IMG/VR virus record: IMGVR_UViG_3300028072_000010
Span: 1-43,085 of that record
DNA length: 43,085 nucleotides
Source of the DNA: a virus
Lineage: Duplodnaviria; Caudoviricetes
Reading direction: 5' to 3' (one strand)
Numbering within the stretch: the first letter of the stretch is position 1; each line of letters starts with the position of its first letter. Shown here in pieces: positions 1 through 10,005 of the stretch. The translations under genes and the position numbers were made by a program. The notes under the pieces were generated by a model. That model saw only the letters and a list, made by a program, of their open reading frames with translations. It was not told the DNA's origin and made no database searches.

Positions 1-416
1 GATGCCCCACCGCTTCGGAGAATTTTGAGAACTCCGCCTCGGCATCGATTCTAGCGGCATGTTCATGATAGATTCACGATTTGTTCACATATGTTGCCAT
101 TATGATCACGATTTGTTCTGTAGATACGGTCGTGTTGACGATTGTAAATACGGGGGTCGGCGTGGTATGCGACAGTGACACCCTCTCGGCTCGCAGAGAC
201 CTCTCAGACCGCCATATCCGAGACCCACGCCGACACCTTTTCCGTCTGGAATTCCGTCCTATGCCTATCCTAGACCCCGAAACCACTTGGCATGTACTTT
301 GCTACTACCGGACGCTGGGCTATGACGTGGTCACGGTGTCGCAGTTCGGCGAGGTGTGTCCCGGCTATACGACCGAGGGGTTGTTACGAGTTCTAAATAC
401 GGCAAAAGGATCAAAC

Positions 417-782
417 ATGACGATTCGTAAAGATCGTGGCGGCCTTGCCGTCCAAGCCAGCCGACCATTCTCCACGCAGAACGTGACCATTGGACCGACC
501 AGTAATGCCTCGACCGCCTTCACCGTCGCGGCTTCACAGCCCTATCCCAACGCCGGCGGTCAGATGTTCAATGCCTCGCAGACCACTCTGCATGTGCGCG
601 TGGTGTCGTCCTCGAATTGCTGGCTGGCGTTCGGGGCGGCGCCGACCGCAACGATGGGGGCGGGATCGACCTATCTGCCAGCCAATCTGCCGGAGTACTT
701 CTTCGTCAACGCCGGGGAAAAGATCGCTGTTATCCAAGACACTGTGGCTGGTACCTTGAATATCGCGGAATTGGGCAGTTAA
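417..782 (+). CDS. small beta-rich virion protein, possible head decoration/spike base
   Basis: Start refined to ATG 417: TAAATA at 394-399, AAGGA SD. Motif VRVVSSSNCWLAFG..PTAT...LPAN.PEYF..GEKIAVIQ resembles small phage jelly-roll proteins. Stop overlaps the next start (TAATG). Confidence 0.55.
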   Translation: MTIRKDRGGLAVQASRPFSTQNVTIGPTSNASTAFTVAASQPYPNAGGQMFNASQTTLHVRVVSSSNCWLAFGAAPTATMGAGSTYLPANLPEYFFVNAGEKIAVIQDTVAGTLNIAELGS

Positions 783-1846
783 TGCTTGGCCGCCAGCCCG
801 CTTTCACGGTCTCAGGGAAGCCCGGTCTCTCGAAGATAGCGGCGCCGTTGATCGCGCTGGACTTCCAAGCCAATCAAACGATTCCTGCCGGCTGGACCTT
901 TACCCGCGCTTCGGTCGCCACCGACACCCTCGCCAGCGATCCCGCAGCACGCGCCATCACCGATTTTGCCATCAATGCGCCGCGTTTTCGGCCAGAGGGA
1001 TTGCTCCTTGGATTACTACGCAGCAACTTCCTGCCAAATTCGGCCAACCCCGGTGCGGTGCAGGTCAATAGCATCGGCAATCTGGGGCAACGCGCCTATA
1101 TGTGCTGGATGCTTGGCACCGGCAGTGTGACCTTGGCCAATAACACGGCGACTTCGACCGATCTGCCACTGACGGTCACCCAAGGCACGCCCAGAGTCTT
1201 CACCACACAGACATCGACCGGCAATATCAAGGCGACGCCTTCTGGACAGGTCTTATGCTGGCAAATGGAACAGGCGGACGCAGCGACATTCCCCGCTGCC
1301 CCGTCATCGCTGATCAAGACCGTAGCGGCCTTGGTCAGTCGTTCACCCGATGCCCTGATGTACAACAGCGCCAGTTGGCTGAACGCGACGGCTGGCACCT
1401 ATGTCGTCGAACTGGTGCCACTGAATCTCAATCTCTCCTGCGTCGTCTGTGCAGCATTCCTGACCGCCAACGCGGCCGGCGATCGCGAGCAAATCTTCAC
1501 TAATTTCACGCCATCCTTCGGCACGATGTCGGCCAACAGCATCACACAGGCCGGCGTGAATAATTTGGGGCGCATAGATGCCAGTCTGGTGATGTCGCCG
1601 GGTAGCGTCTATCGGGTCGGCTATACGGCAGGCCCCAATCGCCGATTGATTTCTATGAACGGCAGCGATCCAGTGACCGGCGGTCTGTTGGGGCCGCGAT
1701 CATCGGCCTTCGATCTGTTCGCTCTGATGGCGACCAATGTGCAGGGACAAGTTCAGCCGGGCTTTCTTCGCAAGTTCTACTATTGGCCCAATGAATTGTC
1801 GCGCCCGCACCTTCAATCAGTCACACAACTGGCGTGGTCGCCTTAG
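782..1846 (+). CDS. head-spike/fibre-like virion protein with ConA/LamG-like C-terminal domain
   Basis: Start refined to ATG 782, coupled to the upstream stop. N-terminal LDF...FTRAS.AT...PRF..EGLLL..RSN motif is typical of phage spike/fibre proteins; C-terminus ends ...LRKFYYWP.ELS..LQ. Confidence 0.6.
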   Translation: MLGRQPAFTVSGKPGLSKIAAPLIALDFQANQTIPAGWTFTRASVATDTLASDPAARAITDFAINAPRFRPEGLLLGLLRSNFLPNSANPGAVQVNSIGNLGQRAYMCWMLGTGSVTLANNTATSTDLPLTVTQGTPRVFTTQTSTGNIKATPSGQVLCWQMEQADAATFPAAPSSLIKTVAALVSRSPDALMYNSASWLNATAGTYVVELVPLNLNLSCVVCAAFLTANAAGDREQIFTNFTPSFGTMSANSITQAGVNNLGRIDASLVMSPGSVYRVGYTAGPNRRLISMNGSDPVTGGLLGPRSSAFDLFALMATNVQGQVQPGFLRKFYYWPNELSRPHLQSVTQLAWSP

Positions 1847-1868
1847 ACCGACCGCGATTTCAGCCCGT

Positions 1869-1989
1869 CGATCATGGATGGTAGATGCCGTCGGTCCATG
1901 ATCGTCCCAGAGGGGGCTTAGGAATAAGCAGCCGGGGCGCATCCCCCTCCCCTACCATAAATAGTCGGCGGCGAGGATAGACCTCGCCG
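1869..1989. terminator. hairpins between convergent genes
   Basis: CGATCATGGA/TCCATGATCG (1869-1878/1895-1904) and CGGCGAGG/CCTCGCCG (1969-1976/1982-1989). No clear U tract. Confidence 0.35.
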
Positions 1990-1990
1990 T

Positions 1991-2773
1991 CTAGACTCCA
2001 ACGCTGATCCACCAGAATTGCGCCGGTCCCGGACTAGGAAATAATGGCGAGGTGGTCAACACGTTGAACGCCGTGTTGGTCGTCCCACTTACCGAAGCCC
2101 ACGATCCCACCGGATCGTTGCCAGTGTTCGCCAAGACGATCGGCACGTTGACGTAAGGTCGGGCGAAATTCACCGTCAGAAAGCCGCCCGTGCCAAAGGT
2201 TGATGCAAAACCGAATTGGATTAAAAATCCCGTCGTATTATCAACCCACCATCCCGGATTGGCCCATAGAACGGCAGTAGTGCCACCACCTCCGCCACCT
2301 CCTCCTCCAGCGGGACCCGTTGGCCCAGTGGCCCCCTGAATTCCAGTAGGGCCAGTGGCGCCCAGAGGGCCGGTGGGGCCGGGCATCAGTTGAATAGCAC
2401 TGATCGCTGTGCTGATCGCCGATGTGATACCGGCGAGATCGCGAAATTGCTGCAAAGTCAGCGCACCAAGAATCGGTAAGACCACCGCCGAAATCGCCGA
2501 GGCCGGCAACGGCTCCGAAGCCAACAGGTCGAAGATGCCGACCCCGTTGGAATCTGATAGAATCAGCCGTACGTCGCCGTCAGCATAGACCTCACATGCC
2601 CCGCGATCGTCGAGAGTTATTGGATTTGTGTTGAAAATTGTTTCGGCGGCATCCTGCCATGTATTTTTCGGCGTCGAGGTCCCCGGAACATAGGTCCCCA
2701 ACGTGCCACCGGCCAATGGAGCGCCGTTTTCGTCAATGAAGAATAGCTGAGGTGGTACGAGTAAACCGGCCAT
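1991..2773 (-). CDS. short tail fibre (paralog 2): tailspike head-binding-like N-domain, collagen-like linker, small C-terminal fibre domain
   Basis: Start refined to ATG 2773, coupled to the upstream stop. FIDENGAPLAGG..TY.PGT.TPK.T.QD...NTNPI.LD motif; GPT/GAT triplets; GFLIQFG...VNFARPY C-terminus. Confidence 0.75.
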   Translation of the reverse strand: MAGLLVPPQLFFIDENGAPLAGGTLGTYVPGTSTPKNTWQDAAETIFNTNPITLDDRGACEVYADGDVRLILSDSNGVGIFDLLASEPLPASAISAVVLPILGALTLQQFRDLAGITSAISTAISAIQLMPGPTGPLGATGPTGIQGATGPTGPAGGGGGGGGGTTAVLWANPGWWVDNTTGFLIQFGFASTFGTGGFLTVNFARPYVNVPIVLANTGNDPVGSWASVSGTTNTAFNVLTTSPLFPSPGPAQFWWISVGV

Positions 2774-3537
2774 CAGGCGAATCCATATGCTGACCACATG
2801 GCGACACACGGAACGCCGATGGAATTGTTCGTATCTTCGACAAAAACGTCGAATCCGCCGCCAATTGGGTTGACCAGACGCAAAACGGCATTGATCGGGT
2901 TGTTTGAGGTGACCGCCGTGACCGAAATCAAGTTAGAATAGGGCTTGGCGAAGACGATATGCGCCGTTCCGGTGCTATTTGTCGTCGTTTGGCCGAAATT
3001 GATCAAAAATCCCGTCGATGGATCGAACCAATAGCCGGGATTTGCCGATGAAAACGTCGCCCCACTGCCTCCGGGGCCTGTAGGGCCAGTGGCGCCCGTC
3101 GGCCCTACAGGCCCCGCGACACCTTGGGGGCCAGTGGGACCCGGCATTAAGTCGATCGCCGAGACCGCGTCGGAAATAGCCTGTGTTACGCCTAATAAAT
3201 CTCTGGCTTGTTGCAAACTGGTAGCCGCAACGATCGGTGCCATGACATCGCTGATCGCGTCGCCGGGCAATGGTGCCGAGGTCGGACGATCCCATATCTC
3301 ATTCCCTGCACTATCGTAGAGAATCTGTCGATAATCCCCTTTCCCGAGGATAATCGCTCGACCAGCCGAGTCCAAAACGACTGGATTGACATTAACGATA
3401 TTGCCGGCCGGGTCTTGATAGGTGGCCTTCAAGTTGAGCGTACCGGGCACACACATCAGGACTTGGCCGCCCGCATAGGGGACGCCATTTTCATCGACGA
3501 ACTGCTCTTCGGCGTTCGGAACAAGGGAATTGGTCAT
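2773..3537 (-). CDS. short tail fibre (paralog 1)
   Basis: Start refined to ATG 3537, 4 nt after a minus-strand TAAATA (3547-3542). Same three-part architecture as 1991..2773, with clear sequence similarity throughout. Confidence 0.75.
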   Translation of the reverse strand: MTNSLVPNAEEQFVDENGVPYAGGQVLMCVPGTLNLKATYQDPAGNIVNVNPVVLDSAGRAIILGKGDYRQILYDSAGNEIWDRPTSAPLPGDAISDVMAPIVAATSLQQARDLLGVTQAISDAVSAIDLMPGPTGPQGVAGPVGPTGATGPTGPGGSGATFSSANPGYWFDPSTGFLINFGQTTTNSTGTAHIVFAKPYSNLISVTAVTSNNPINAVLRLVNPIGGGFDVFVEDTNNSIGVPCVAMWSAYGFA

Positions 3538-3705
3538 CTGGTATTTATGGGGATAGGGCACCCCATACACAGCCATAGCTTGCCGGCCGGTCTGTGTATG
3601 GGGTGATAGGCCCCCGGCGCTCCAGCCAATCGAGCAAGCAAGCTTGCCAATCCACAGACGATCCCGATTCGGCGGATTGGCACGCACGCCAATCTGTGGA
3701 TCGCC

Positions 3706-3724
3706 TATTTAGATTTCGTAAATA
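3706..3724. promoter_or_regulatory. back-to-back divergent TAAATA promoter-like elements
   Basis: TATTTA at 3706-3711 (TAAATA on minus) and TAAATA at 3719-3724, between the divergent fibre and terS genes. Confidence 0.6.
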
Positions 3725-3730
3725 TGAGCT

Positions 3731-4003
3731 ATGACCGATGATACAACCACTAAACGAGTCCGTCGAAACGGACGGATGCCGGAAGCCGAAGAATTACGTG
3801 ACGCCGCCCGCAGCGTCAGTATGATCCTGCTGCAATCGCTCGCCGAGATTGTCAAATCCGGCAAGAATGAAGCCGCCCGCGTCTCCGCCGCCAAGGAACT
3901 CCTCGATAGAGGATGGGGTCGCAGTCATATCATCCCGTCCGGTGAATTGCGGCCACAGGCGAAGATCGAGGTGAGCTTCCCGGACGAAGATAAGAATGCC
4001 TAA
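3731..4003 (+). CDS. terS: terminase small subunit (putative)
   Basis: Small helical protein directly upstream of, and overlapping, terL. ARVSAAKELLDRGWG motif is common in this position. Confidence 0.65.
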   Translation: MTDDTTTKRVRRNGRMPEAEELRDAARSVSMILLQSLAEIVKSGKNEAARVSAAKELLDRGWGRSHIIPSGELRPQAKIEVSFPDEDKNA

Positions 4004-5426
4004 AGGCTATTCCAGCTACGATCGTGAACGCGACGACCTCACTCAAGCGAAACCGAAGCTGATCGATGTCGCCGCGACCTTTCCACCGAAATTCAAGCCT
4101 TTCCTGACGGAAAGAGCCCGATGGAAGGTGACCTACGGCGGGAGAGGTGGCGCTAAGACCGAATCCTGCGCCAAAGCCTTGCTATTGATGGGTAAGAAAC
4201 AACCGCTCAGAATTCTGTGCTGTCGCGAGATCATGCAGTCGATCAAACAGTCAAGCCATCAGGTCCTCGCCACGATGATCGAGGAACTCGGTCTCGGCTC
4301 GTACTACACCGTTGAGAAAGGCATGATCTACGGTCCGTTCGTCGATTGGGTCGATGCTAACGGTCAGCGGAAGAAACGGCGTACCGAGTTCCTATTCGCT
4401 GGACTAAGAGAGATGTCGGTCGCTCAGATCAAGTCATTCCACGACGTGCAAATCGCGTGGATCGATGAAGCTCAAGCCATCAGTAAGCGATCTATGCAAG
4501 TACTTGCGCCGACTATACGTCGTGCCGGTGGGTCAGACCCAAGTTTTCCATGCGAGATATGGCTGTCGTACAATCCAACGTACGAGCACGATTGGGTGCA
4601 TGAGACGTTCGTCAACAATGACCCGCCGGACGACAGCATCGTCATCCCGATGTCGTTCGAAGATAATCCGTGGTTCGACCGCTCTGGTTTGAGGCCACTG
4701 ATGGAGGAGATGCGCCGGCGGAATTATGAGGAGTACCTCCACGTCTGGGCGGGCGAATGCCTCAAATTCTGGGAAGGCCAAATCTATCTCAATGAGCTAA
4801 AAGAGGCCGATGAAGAAGGGCGGATCGGCGAGGTGCCCTATCGTTCCGACGCACCCTGTCAAGCAGCGTTCGATATCGGCGGCGGCAACGATGCCACCAG
4901 TATTTGGATATTCCAGCCAGTCGGCGACATGCTCCACCTGATCGACTACTACGAGGCGGTGCAATCGACCGTGGATGCCCATCTGCGTTGGATCGAATCC
5001 CGCCCGTACGTGGTTGACAAATACTGGCTACCCCAAGATGCCAAGCAAAAACACGCTGGTATGGCGCATTCCTACGAACAGCTAGTCAGGATGAAGGGCA
5101 AAAAGGTCCAAATCGTCCCTACTGGCGCCGGATCGGTCGAAGAAGGCATCAACGCGGTCAGAACTTTGTTTCCACGTATGAAATTCGATAGAAAACGCTG
5201 TGCTAAGGGTCTGATTGCGATCAGAAACTATCGGTATGAACTGGCCGGCGATGAAGAAGGTGTGTTCAAGAGTCTGCCAGTGCATGACAAATACTCCCAT
5301 GCCAACGATTCACTAAGATATTTGTGTATGGCCTACCGCACGGCGAAAGACGCCAAGTCGGATATGTCTAAGTATCGCAACGCTAATCCCTTCCGGGGGC
5401 AATCGGACGGCTGGATGACGCTTTAG
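3996..5426 (+). CDS. terL: terminase large subunit (PBSX/P22-like)
   Basis: Walker A YGGRGGAKT, Walker B AWIDEA, coupling motif SYNP, nuclease AFDIG and H..DSLRY. Confidence 0.95.
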   Translation: MPKGYSSYDRERDDLTQAKPKLIDVAATFPPKFKPFLTERARWKVTYGGRGGAKTESCAKALLLMGKKQPLRILCCREIMQSIKQSSHQVLATMIEELGLGSYYTVEKGMIYGPFVDWVDANGQRKKRRTEFLFAGLREMSVAQIKSFHDVQIAWIDEAQAISKRSMQVLAPTIRRAGGSDPSFPCEIWLSYNPTYEHDWVHETFVNNDPPDDSIVIPMSFEDNPWFDRSGLRPLMEEMRRRNYEEYLHVWAGECLKFWEGQIYLNELKEADEEGRIGEVPYRSDAPCQAAFDIGGGNDATSIWIFQPVGDMLHLIDYYEAVQSTVDAHLRWIESRPYVVDKYWLPQDAKQKHAGMAHSYEQLVRMKGKKVQIVPTGAGSVEEGINAVRTLFPRMKFDRKRCAKGLIAIRNYRYELAGDEEGVFKSLPVHDKYSHANDSLRYLCMAYRTAKDAKSDMSKYRNANPFRGQSDGWMTL

Positions 5427-6010
5427 TGGTTATCAAATCTATTGCGAGTGACGAAGATGACATTTTACTCGGCATTATGCAGCTTCACAATGATGGTCAG
5501 CCATTCGATCTCGATCCGACGTTTTCGCGGGGAGCTTTCTATCGTAGCGGACGAGTGCCAATGCCGGTCCATCGCTTCGATCTCAATCCGGTCAGGGAAG
5601 ATGTGCTTGCGGCTGGAGTGACTAACCTTCCGCTGGCTGATTGCTCAATCGGCAGCGTGATTTTCGACCCACCATTCATCTTCAATCCACATGGACGCTT
5701 TAGCAATGCACAGATTCGTTTCAGTAGTTTCCCCACATGGGATGATATGGAACGAACTTATCGCGGTGCATTGGACGAATTCAAGCGCATTCTGCGTCCC
5801 AAGGGGATTGTCGCCTTCAAGTGTCAAGACAACACTGATTCAAAGTCGGTGATGACCCATTGTCATGTTTGGCAATGGGCTACTATGGCCGGATTCTACG
5901 CCAAAGATGTGTTCATTAGATATCGGTATAACGGTCCCGTGTACAATCCCTATGTGCACCAACGTCATGCCAGAAAGTTCCACAGCTATTGGTGGGTTTT
6001 CGTTCGATGA
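5426..6010 (+). CDS. DNA amino-methyltransferase (m6A/m4C)
   Basis: DLDPTFSRGAFY SAM-binding-like motif, FDPPF catalytic motif, RILRPKG, HARKFHSYW. Confidence 0.75.
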   Translation: MVIKSIASDEDDILLGIMQLHNDGQPFDLDPTFSRGAFYRSGRVPMPVHRFDLNPVREDVLAAGVTNLPLADCSIGSVIFDPPFIFNPHGRFSNAQIRFSSFPTWDDMERTYRGALDEFKRILRPKGIVAFKCQDNTDSKSVMTHCHVWQWATMAGFYAKDVFIRYRYNGPVYNPYVHQRHARKFHSYWWVFVR

Positions 6011-6033
6011 CGCTATAATCTCTAAATATCGCC

Positions 6034-8154
6034 ATGACTAATGAAAAAATCCTCGCCGAGGCACGCGATCGATTTCGTAAATGCCAAACGCATGAATCTC
6101 AGGCTCGTAACAACTGGCGAGCCGATATGCGCTTCGCCTACGGGGATTCAGTCAACCTCTATCAGTGGCAATCGGACATCATCGACTCCCGTACCGCCAG
6201 TGGAAAACCTTGTTTCACCGTCAACCGGACAAAAAACTACTGCATGCAAATCGTCAACGACGCCAAGCAGAATAAAGCAGCGGTCGAGGTCCGGGCGGTC
6301 GGTGGAGGTGCCAGCTTCAAGGCCGCCGAGGTACTGGAAGGCATCGTAAGGCATATCGAATACATTTCCAATGCCGAAGCGGCCTATGAACAGGCATCCC
6401 ATGACCAAGTGTTCGGTGGCATCGGCTACTGGCGGATCATCACCGACTATAGTCACGACGATAGCTTCGATCAGGAAATCTATATCCGGCCGATTAAAGA
6501 CGCGCTGTCCGTCTATCTCGATCCCTATATCCAGCAAGCTGACGGATCGGACGCGATGTTCGGCTTCGTGTTCACCACGATGGATAAGAAGGATTTCGAG
6601 AAGGCTTTTCCTCGCCATAAGGATGCTATCGGCGACCTGCCATTCAGCATGGAGAACGACGCCGACGATCTGAAACTGCGGGAAGATCGCGTCAGGGTAT
6701 GTGAGTACTTCCGGAAAACATTTGAGCCCGACACCTTGCACTATCTACAAGACGGCTCAACGGTGAAGGAGTCAGTCATCGAGGAGATGGGGCTGAAAGA
6801 CAAACTCGACGAATTGAGTGTCAAACAACGGGACATCTCGGTCGCCAAGGTCGAATGGTATCTGATCGCCGGTGATAAGATCGTCAATCAGTCCACCTTC
6901 CCGTCCCAATACATCCCCATCGTGCGGTGTGTCGGTCAAGAGACGCTGATCGACGGTGTGCTCGACCGTATCGGCCATGTTCGTTCCCTGATCGATCCGC
7001 AACGCTCTTATAATTATTACACAAGCGCAGGAATCGAGTTCGTTGCGACTCAGACAAAATCCCCGTGGTTGGCAGATGTCGCCAGTATTGAGGGAATGGA
7101 AGAGTACTGGCGCGACGCAAACCTAAAGAATTATGCCGTACTTCCTTACAAAGGTCGAGGGGATGACGGCAATGAGATCGAGCCACCACATCGCGCCGAC
7201 CCGCCGACCTATGCCAGTGCCTTTTTGGACGGCATGAAGGTCAGTGCCAGCGAGATGGAATTGACCAGCGCCCAGCCGCCCGCGAGCATGGGTGACACAT
7301 CGAATGAACGGTCGGGTAAGGCCGTTCTAGAGCGTCAACGGGCCGCTGCCAATTCGACCTACCATTTCGTCAACAACCTATCGTCAGCGATTCGTCACAC
7401 CGGCAAGATATTGATCGACATGATTCCGCGTGTTTATGACACCGAGCGGACGATGAAAATCCTCGCTCAGGATGGATCGATGCAGACGGTGAAGCTCGAT
7501 CCGACCGTCCAGCAGGCGCATACGCCGATGCCGGCGCTCGATCCGGAATCAATCGATCCGCAACAAATCGCCGCCGTGCTCAATCCCTCGGTCGGCGAAT
7601 ATGATGTTGTCGCTGAGGTCGGACCCCAGTATGCCACCCGCCGACAGGAATTCGTCGCCGCCACGATGGACATCCTCGCCCAGAATGAGTCCCTTACGCC
7701 GCTGATCGGCGACTTGGTGTTCGCCAATATGGATTTCCCCGGCGCCCAAGAGATCGCCGAGCGGATGCGTCGAATGGTGCCACCACAGGCGACCGGCGTG
7801 GTCGATCCCCAGGTGGAGCAACTGCAAAAGCTGCTGGCACAACAACATCAGTTGCTGCAACAGATGGCGCAGGAATTGCAACATGCCAAGTGGCGCACCG
7901 AGTCTATTGGTTATCAGAAATCGATTGATGCCTATGAAGCAGAGACTAAGAGGATGGAAGCTGTTGGTAAAATAGACCCAATGAGTTTAAGGCCACTAAT
8001 TCGAGAAATGGTCAGCGAGATGCTTGGGCTTCCAGCTAATGCTGCGATTGCTATGCACATGCGAGAAGATGCGCAGATGCAGAAAGAAACCGAACTCATT
8101 GATCGACAGATTGAAGAAGCAATGCAGCCTCAGCAGCCTCCCACACCTCAGTAG
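6034..8154 (+). CDS. portal protein (P22 gp1-like)
   Basis: 706 aa after terL. F..G..QW, P.FTVNR, L.DPQR.YNY, SG.A...RQ, GEYDV..GP.Y.TRRQE motifs and a Q-rich C-terminal barrel. Confidence 0.92.
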   Translation: MTNEKILAEARDRFRKCQTHESQARNNWRADMRFAYGDSVNLYQWQSDIIDSRTASGKPCFTVNRTKNYCMQIVNDAKQNKAAVEVRAVGGGASFKAAEVLEGIVRHIEYISNAEAAYEQASHDQVFGGIGYWRIITDYSHDDSFDQEIYIRPIKDALSVYLDPYIQQADGSDAMFGFVFTTMDKKDFEKAFPRHKDAIGDLPFSMENDADDLKLREDRVRVCEYFRKTFEPDTLHYLQDGSTVKESVIEEMGLKDKLDELSVKQRDISVAKVEWYLIAGDKIVNQSTFPSQYIPIVRCVGQETLIDGVLDRIGHVRSLIDPQRSYNYYTSAGIEFVATQTKSPWLADVASIEGMEEYWRDANLKNYAVLPYKGRGDDGNEIEPPHRADPPTYASAFLDGMKVSASEMELTSAQPPASMGDTSNERSGKAVLERQRAAANSTYHFVNNLSSAIRHTGKILIDMIPRVYDTERTMKILAQDGSMQTVKLDPTVQQAHTPMPALDPESIDPQQIAAVLNPSVGEYDVVAEVGPQYATRRQEFVAATMDILAQNESLTPLIGDLVFANMDFPGAQEIAERMRRMVPPQATGVVDPQVEQLQKLLAQQHQLLQQMAQELQHAKWRTESIGYQKSIDAYEAETKRMEAVGKIDPMSLRPLIREMVSEMLGLPANAAIAMHMREDAQMQKETELIDRQIEEAMQPQQPPTPQ

Positions 8155-8680
8155 GCACGAATTCACCACGATGTTCGTTCGCTGCTTTCCTATAAGCCTC
8201 GATCGCCTCCTCCATCGTGTCGTAATGTCCGATGCAGATGTTTTTGCCGTTGATGTTCACAGTGGCACGCCATTGCCGCCTCTTGTTGGCGGTTATGAAA
8301 TACACACCGGGATGCCCGGATGTGTTATTTCGCGACATTTTCGAGTTCCATCGATTAGAAGCAGGGGTAGCCAATCTGAGATTGGCTATTCGATTATCGA
8401 CCGTGTTACGGTTTTTATGGTCGATTTCGCTTGTAGGGTCTTCGCCATAATACAACAACCACGCGATACGATGTGCCAGAAATGTTCGTGGATAGAATGT
8501 CACCTTGATGTATCCGCTGCGATGTAATGATCCGGCTATTTTTCCGGCATATTTCTTGTTCCAAGTCTTCAGATGGGGACTGGTCTCCTCACGGTGTTTC
8601 CATATCAATTTACCACTCTCAGGATCATAAGATAGAAAAGATGCAAAGAACTCATATGTCGGAAGGGGATTGGCTTGCAT
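8096..8680 (-). CDS. HNH-AP2 homing endonuclease
   Basis: YDPESG.L.W, AHRIAW, IDHKNRNTVDNRIANLR, AP2 domain GV....WRA.....G.YDT.EEA..AY. Antisense; overlaps the portal 3' end. Confidence 0.9.
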   Translation of the reverse strand: MQANPLPTYEFFASFLSYDPESGKLIWKHREETSPHLKTWNKKYAGKIAGSLHRSGYIKVTFYPRTFLAHRIAWLLYYGEDPTSEIDHKNRNTVDNRIANLRLATPASNRWNSKMSRNNTSGHPGVYFITANKRRQWRATVNINGKNICIGHYDTMEEAIEAYRKAANEHRGEFVPTEVWEAAEAALLLQSVDQ

Positions 8681-8713
8681 GATTGATTATACCTTTCTAG
8701 GATATATAATGCA

Positions 8714-9025
8714 ATGAAGCGTTGGAATAAAGACTCATACGCCCATGAGATGGTCGCCCACATCCAAGTCGAAATGGCGCAATCCATCTACGAAGAACTC
8801 GCGAAGAACGACATCTTCTATCGAGATAATCCCGACCGCAATGTTTTTGTCAAGGCATGTGCGCCGACTCTCAGAGATCATGCCCGTGGCGTGTTGAGCG
8901 AAATGCTCGCCCGGCACGACGTATCGCAGGTCGAGAAAGAGCAAATCTATCAGGCCCTCTTGCTCGACAAGGTGATCCCCAACGAGGATCGCTTCTTTCA
9001 GCCAGCCGTGCCGATTCTGCATTAG
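8714..9025 (+). CDS. hypothetical protein (head module)
   Basis: Clean 103 aa helical ORF between portal and scaffold. Confidence 0.65.
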   Translation: MKRWNKDSYAHEMVAHIQVEMAQSIYEELAKNDIFYRDNPDRNVFVKACAPTLRDHARGVLSEMLARHDVSQVEKEQIYQALLLDKVIPNEDRFFQPAVPILH

Positions 9026-9055
9026 TAAATAGCCGAACATTAAATCAGAGGTACC

Positions 9056-9814
9056 ATGTCAGAGACTATCACTCCCGAAACTGATTATCCACCGCTTAGT
9101 GAAGCGACGGACAACGACGTTCGGGACGATGCTGTTCAACCCGAGGCACCGGTCGAAGAAACTCCCCCAGAGCCGGTCGCTGACTCCCAGGCACCGCCGG
9201 AGGTCGAGGCCGAACCCGAGGACGACCTTGCCGCTCGTAACGCCCGTCTAGCCCGGCAACTACGCGAACAGAAGCGTTTGGCCCGACAGTTGTCCGAACA
9301 GGCGGCGACCTTACAGGGTCAGCGGCAGGAACAGCCCAATGAGGCGATGGAGCGGGAGATCAACCTCCGTGCCCAACAACTTGCCCAAGCGCAAGTGGTC
9401 AACACGCGGGCCAACGAGGTCTACACCGAGGGGGTCAAGGCATTCGGCCGGGCGGAATTCGATGAATCGGTCAAGACGATGAACGAAGCGTTTGGTCCAC
9501 AAGTGATCCCCATCGTGATCGACACGCTGATCGACATCCCGAACGCCCCGCAACTGATCCAGTATCTCGCGGACAATCCCGACATCGCCGACGATCTGGC
9601 GAATCTGCCACCTCACAAGCTCGGCGCCGCTCTGGCAAGGGAATCCAACAAGATCGCCACGCCGAAGCCCAAGCCGGTGTCCAAGGCACCACCTCCAATT
9701 CGTCCAATCGCCGTGCAGCCATCGAACGAGGGCGATGAGAATTTGGAGAATTTGCCGATGGAGAAACTGGCGGCATTGTGGGATAAACGCGATTTTGATC
9801 GGAGATTTCGATGA
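9056..9814 (+). CDS. capsid scaffolding protein
   Basis: Acidic Pro-rich N-terminus, coiled coil, LIQYLADNPD, SKAPPPI; upstream of the coat gene; TAAATA at 9026 and GAGG SD. Confidence 0.8.
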   Translation: MSETITPETDYPPLSEATDNDVRDDAVQPEAPVEETPPEPVADSQAPPEVEAEPEDDLAARNARLARQLREQKRLARQLSEQAATLQGQRQEQPNEAMEREINLRAQQLAQAQVVNTRANEVYTEGVKAFGRAEFDESVKTMNEAFGPQVIPIVIDTLIDIPNAPQLIQYLADNPDIADDLANLPPHKLGAALARESNKIATPKPKPVSKAPPPIRPIAVQPSNEGDENLENLPMEKLAALWDKRDFDRRFR

Positions 9815-10005
9815 GTACACCGATGCAGTGGATTTTCCCGCCGAAGCCTAAGATTGTGAACACGCCGCTTCATCCACACAAACCCGACGTGGTGATCACG
9901 CCACTCACGCCGAAGATCGATCCATTGGATGTAGCGGTGATCGAGCCGAAGAAGCGTGGTCGCCCCCCATTCCCGATTCCCGACGATGATCCCGCATCTG
10001 TATGA
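9811..10005 (+). CDS. small Pro-rich protein with AT-hook-like KKRGRP
   Basis: ATGA coupling to the scaffold stop; 64 aa. Confidence 0.45.
   Translation: MSTPMQWIFPPKPKIVNTPLHPHKPDVVITPLTPKIDPLDVAVIEPKKRGRPPFPIPDDDPASV

Noticed and set aside
13-33. Possible self-target of array block 3 (GA.TT.TG.GA matches 20-30)
   Set aside because: Only four dinucleotides match in register and the flanks fail; consistent with chance.
81-416. N-terminal extension of ORF 81..782
   Set aside because: Promoter motif and SD point to ATG 417; the extension is not protein-like.
1913-1923. GGGGCTTAGGA shared with 36066-36076
   Set aside because: An 11-nt match is plausible by chance in 43 kb; no third copy noticed.
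1991-3537. Invertible fibre cassette or diversity-generating retroelement
   Set aside because: No invertase or reverse transcriptase gene, and no flanking inverted repeats or TR/VR pair seen.
5813-5830. Possible self-target of array block 2 (GC.TT.AA.TG)
   Set aside because: The match stops after four dinucleotides.
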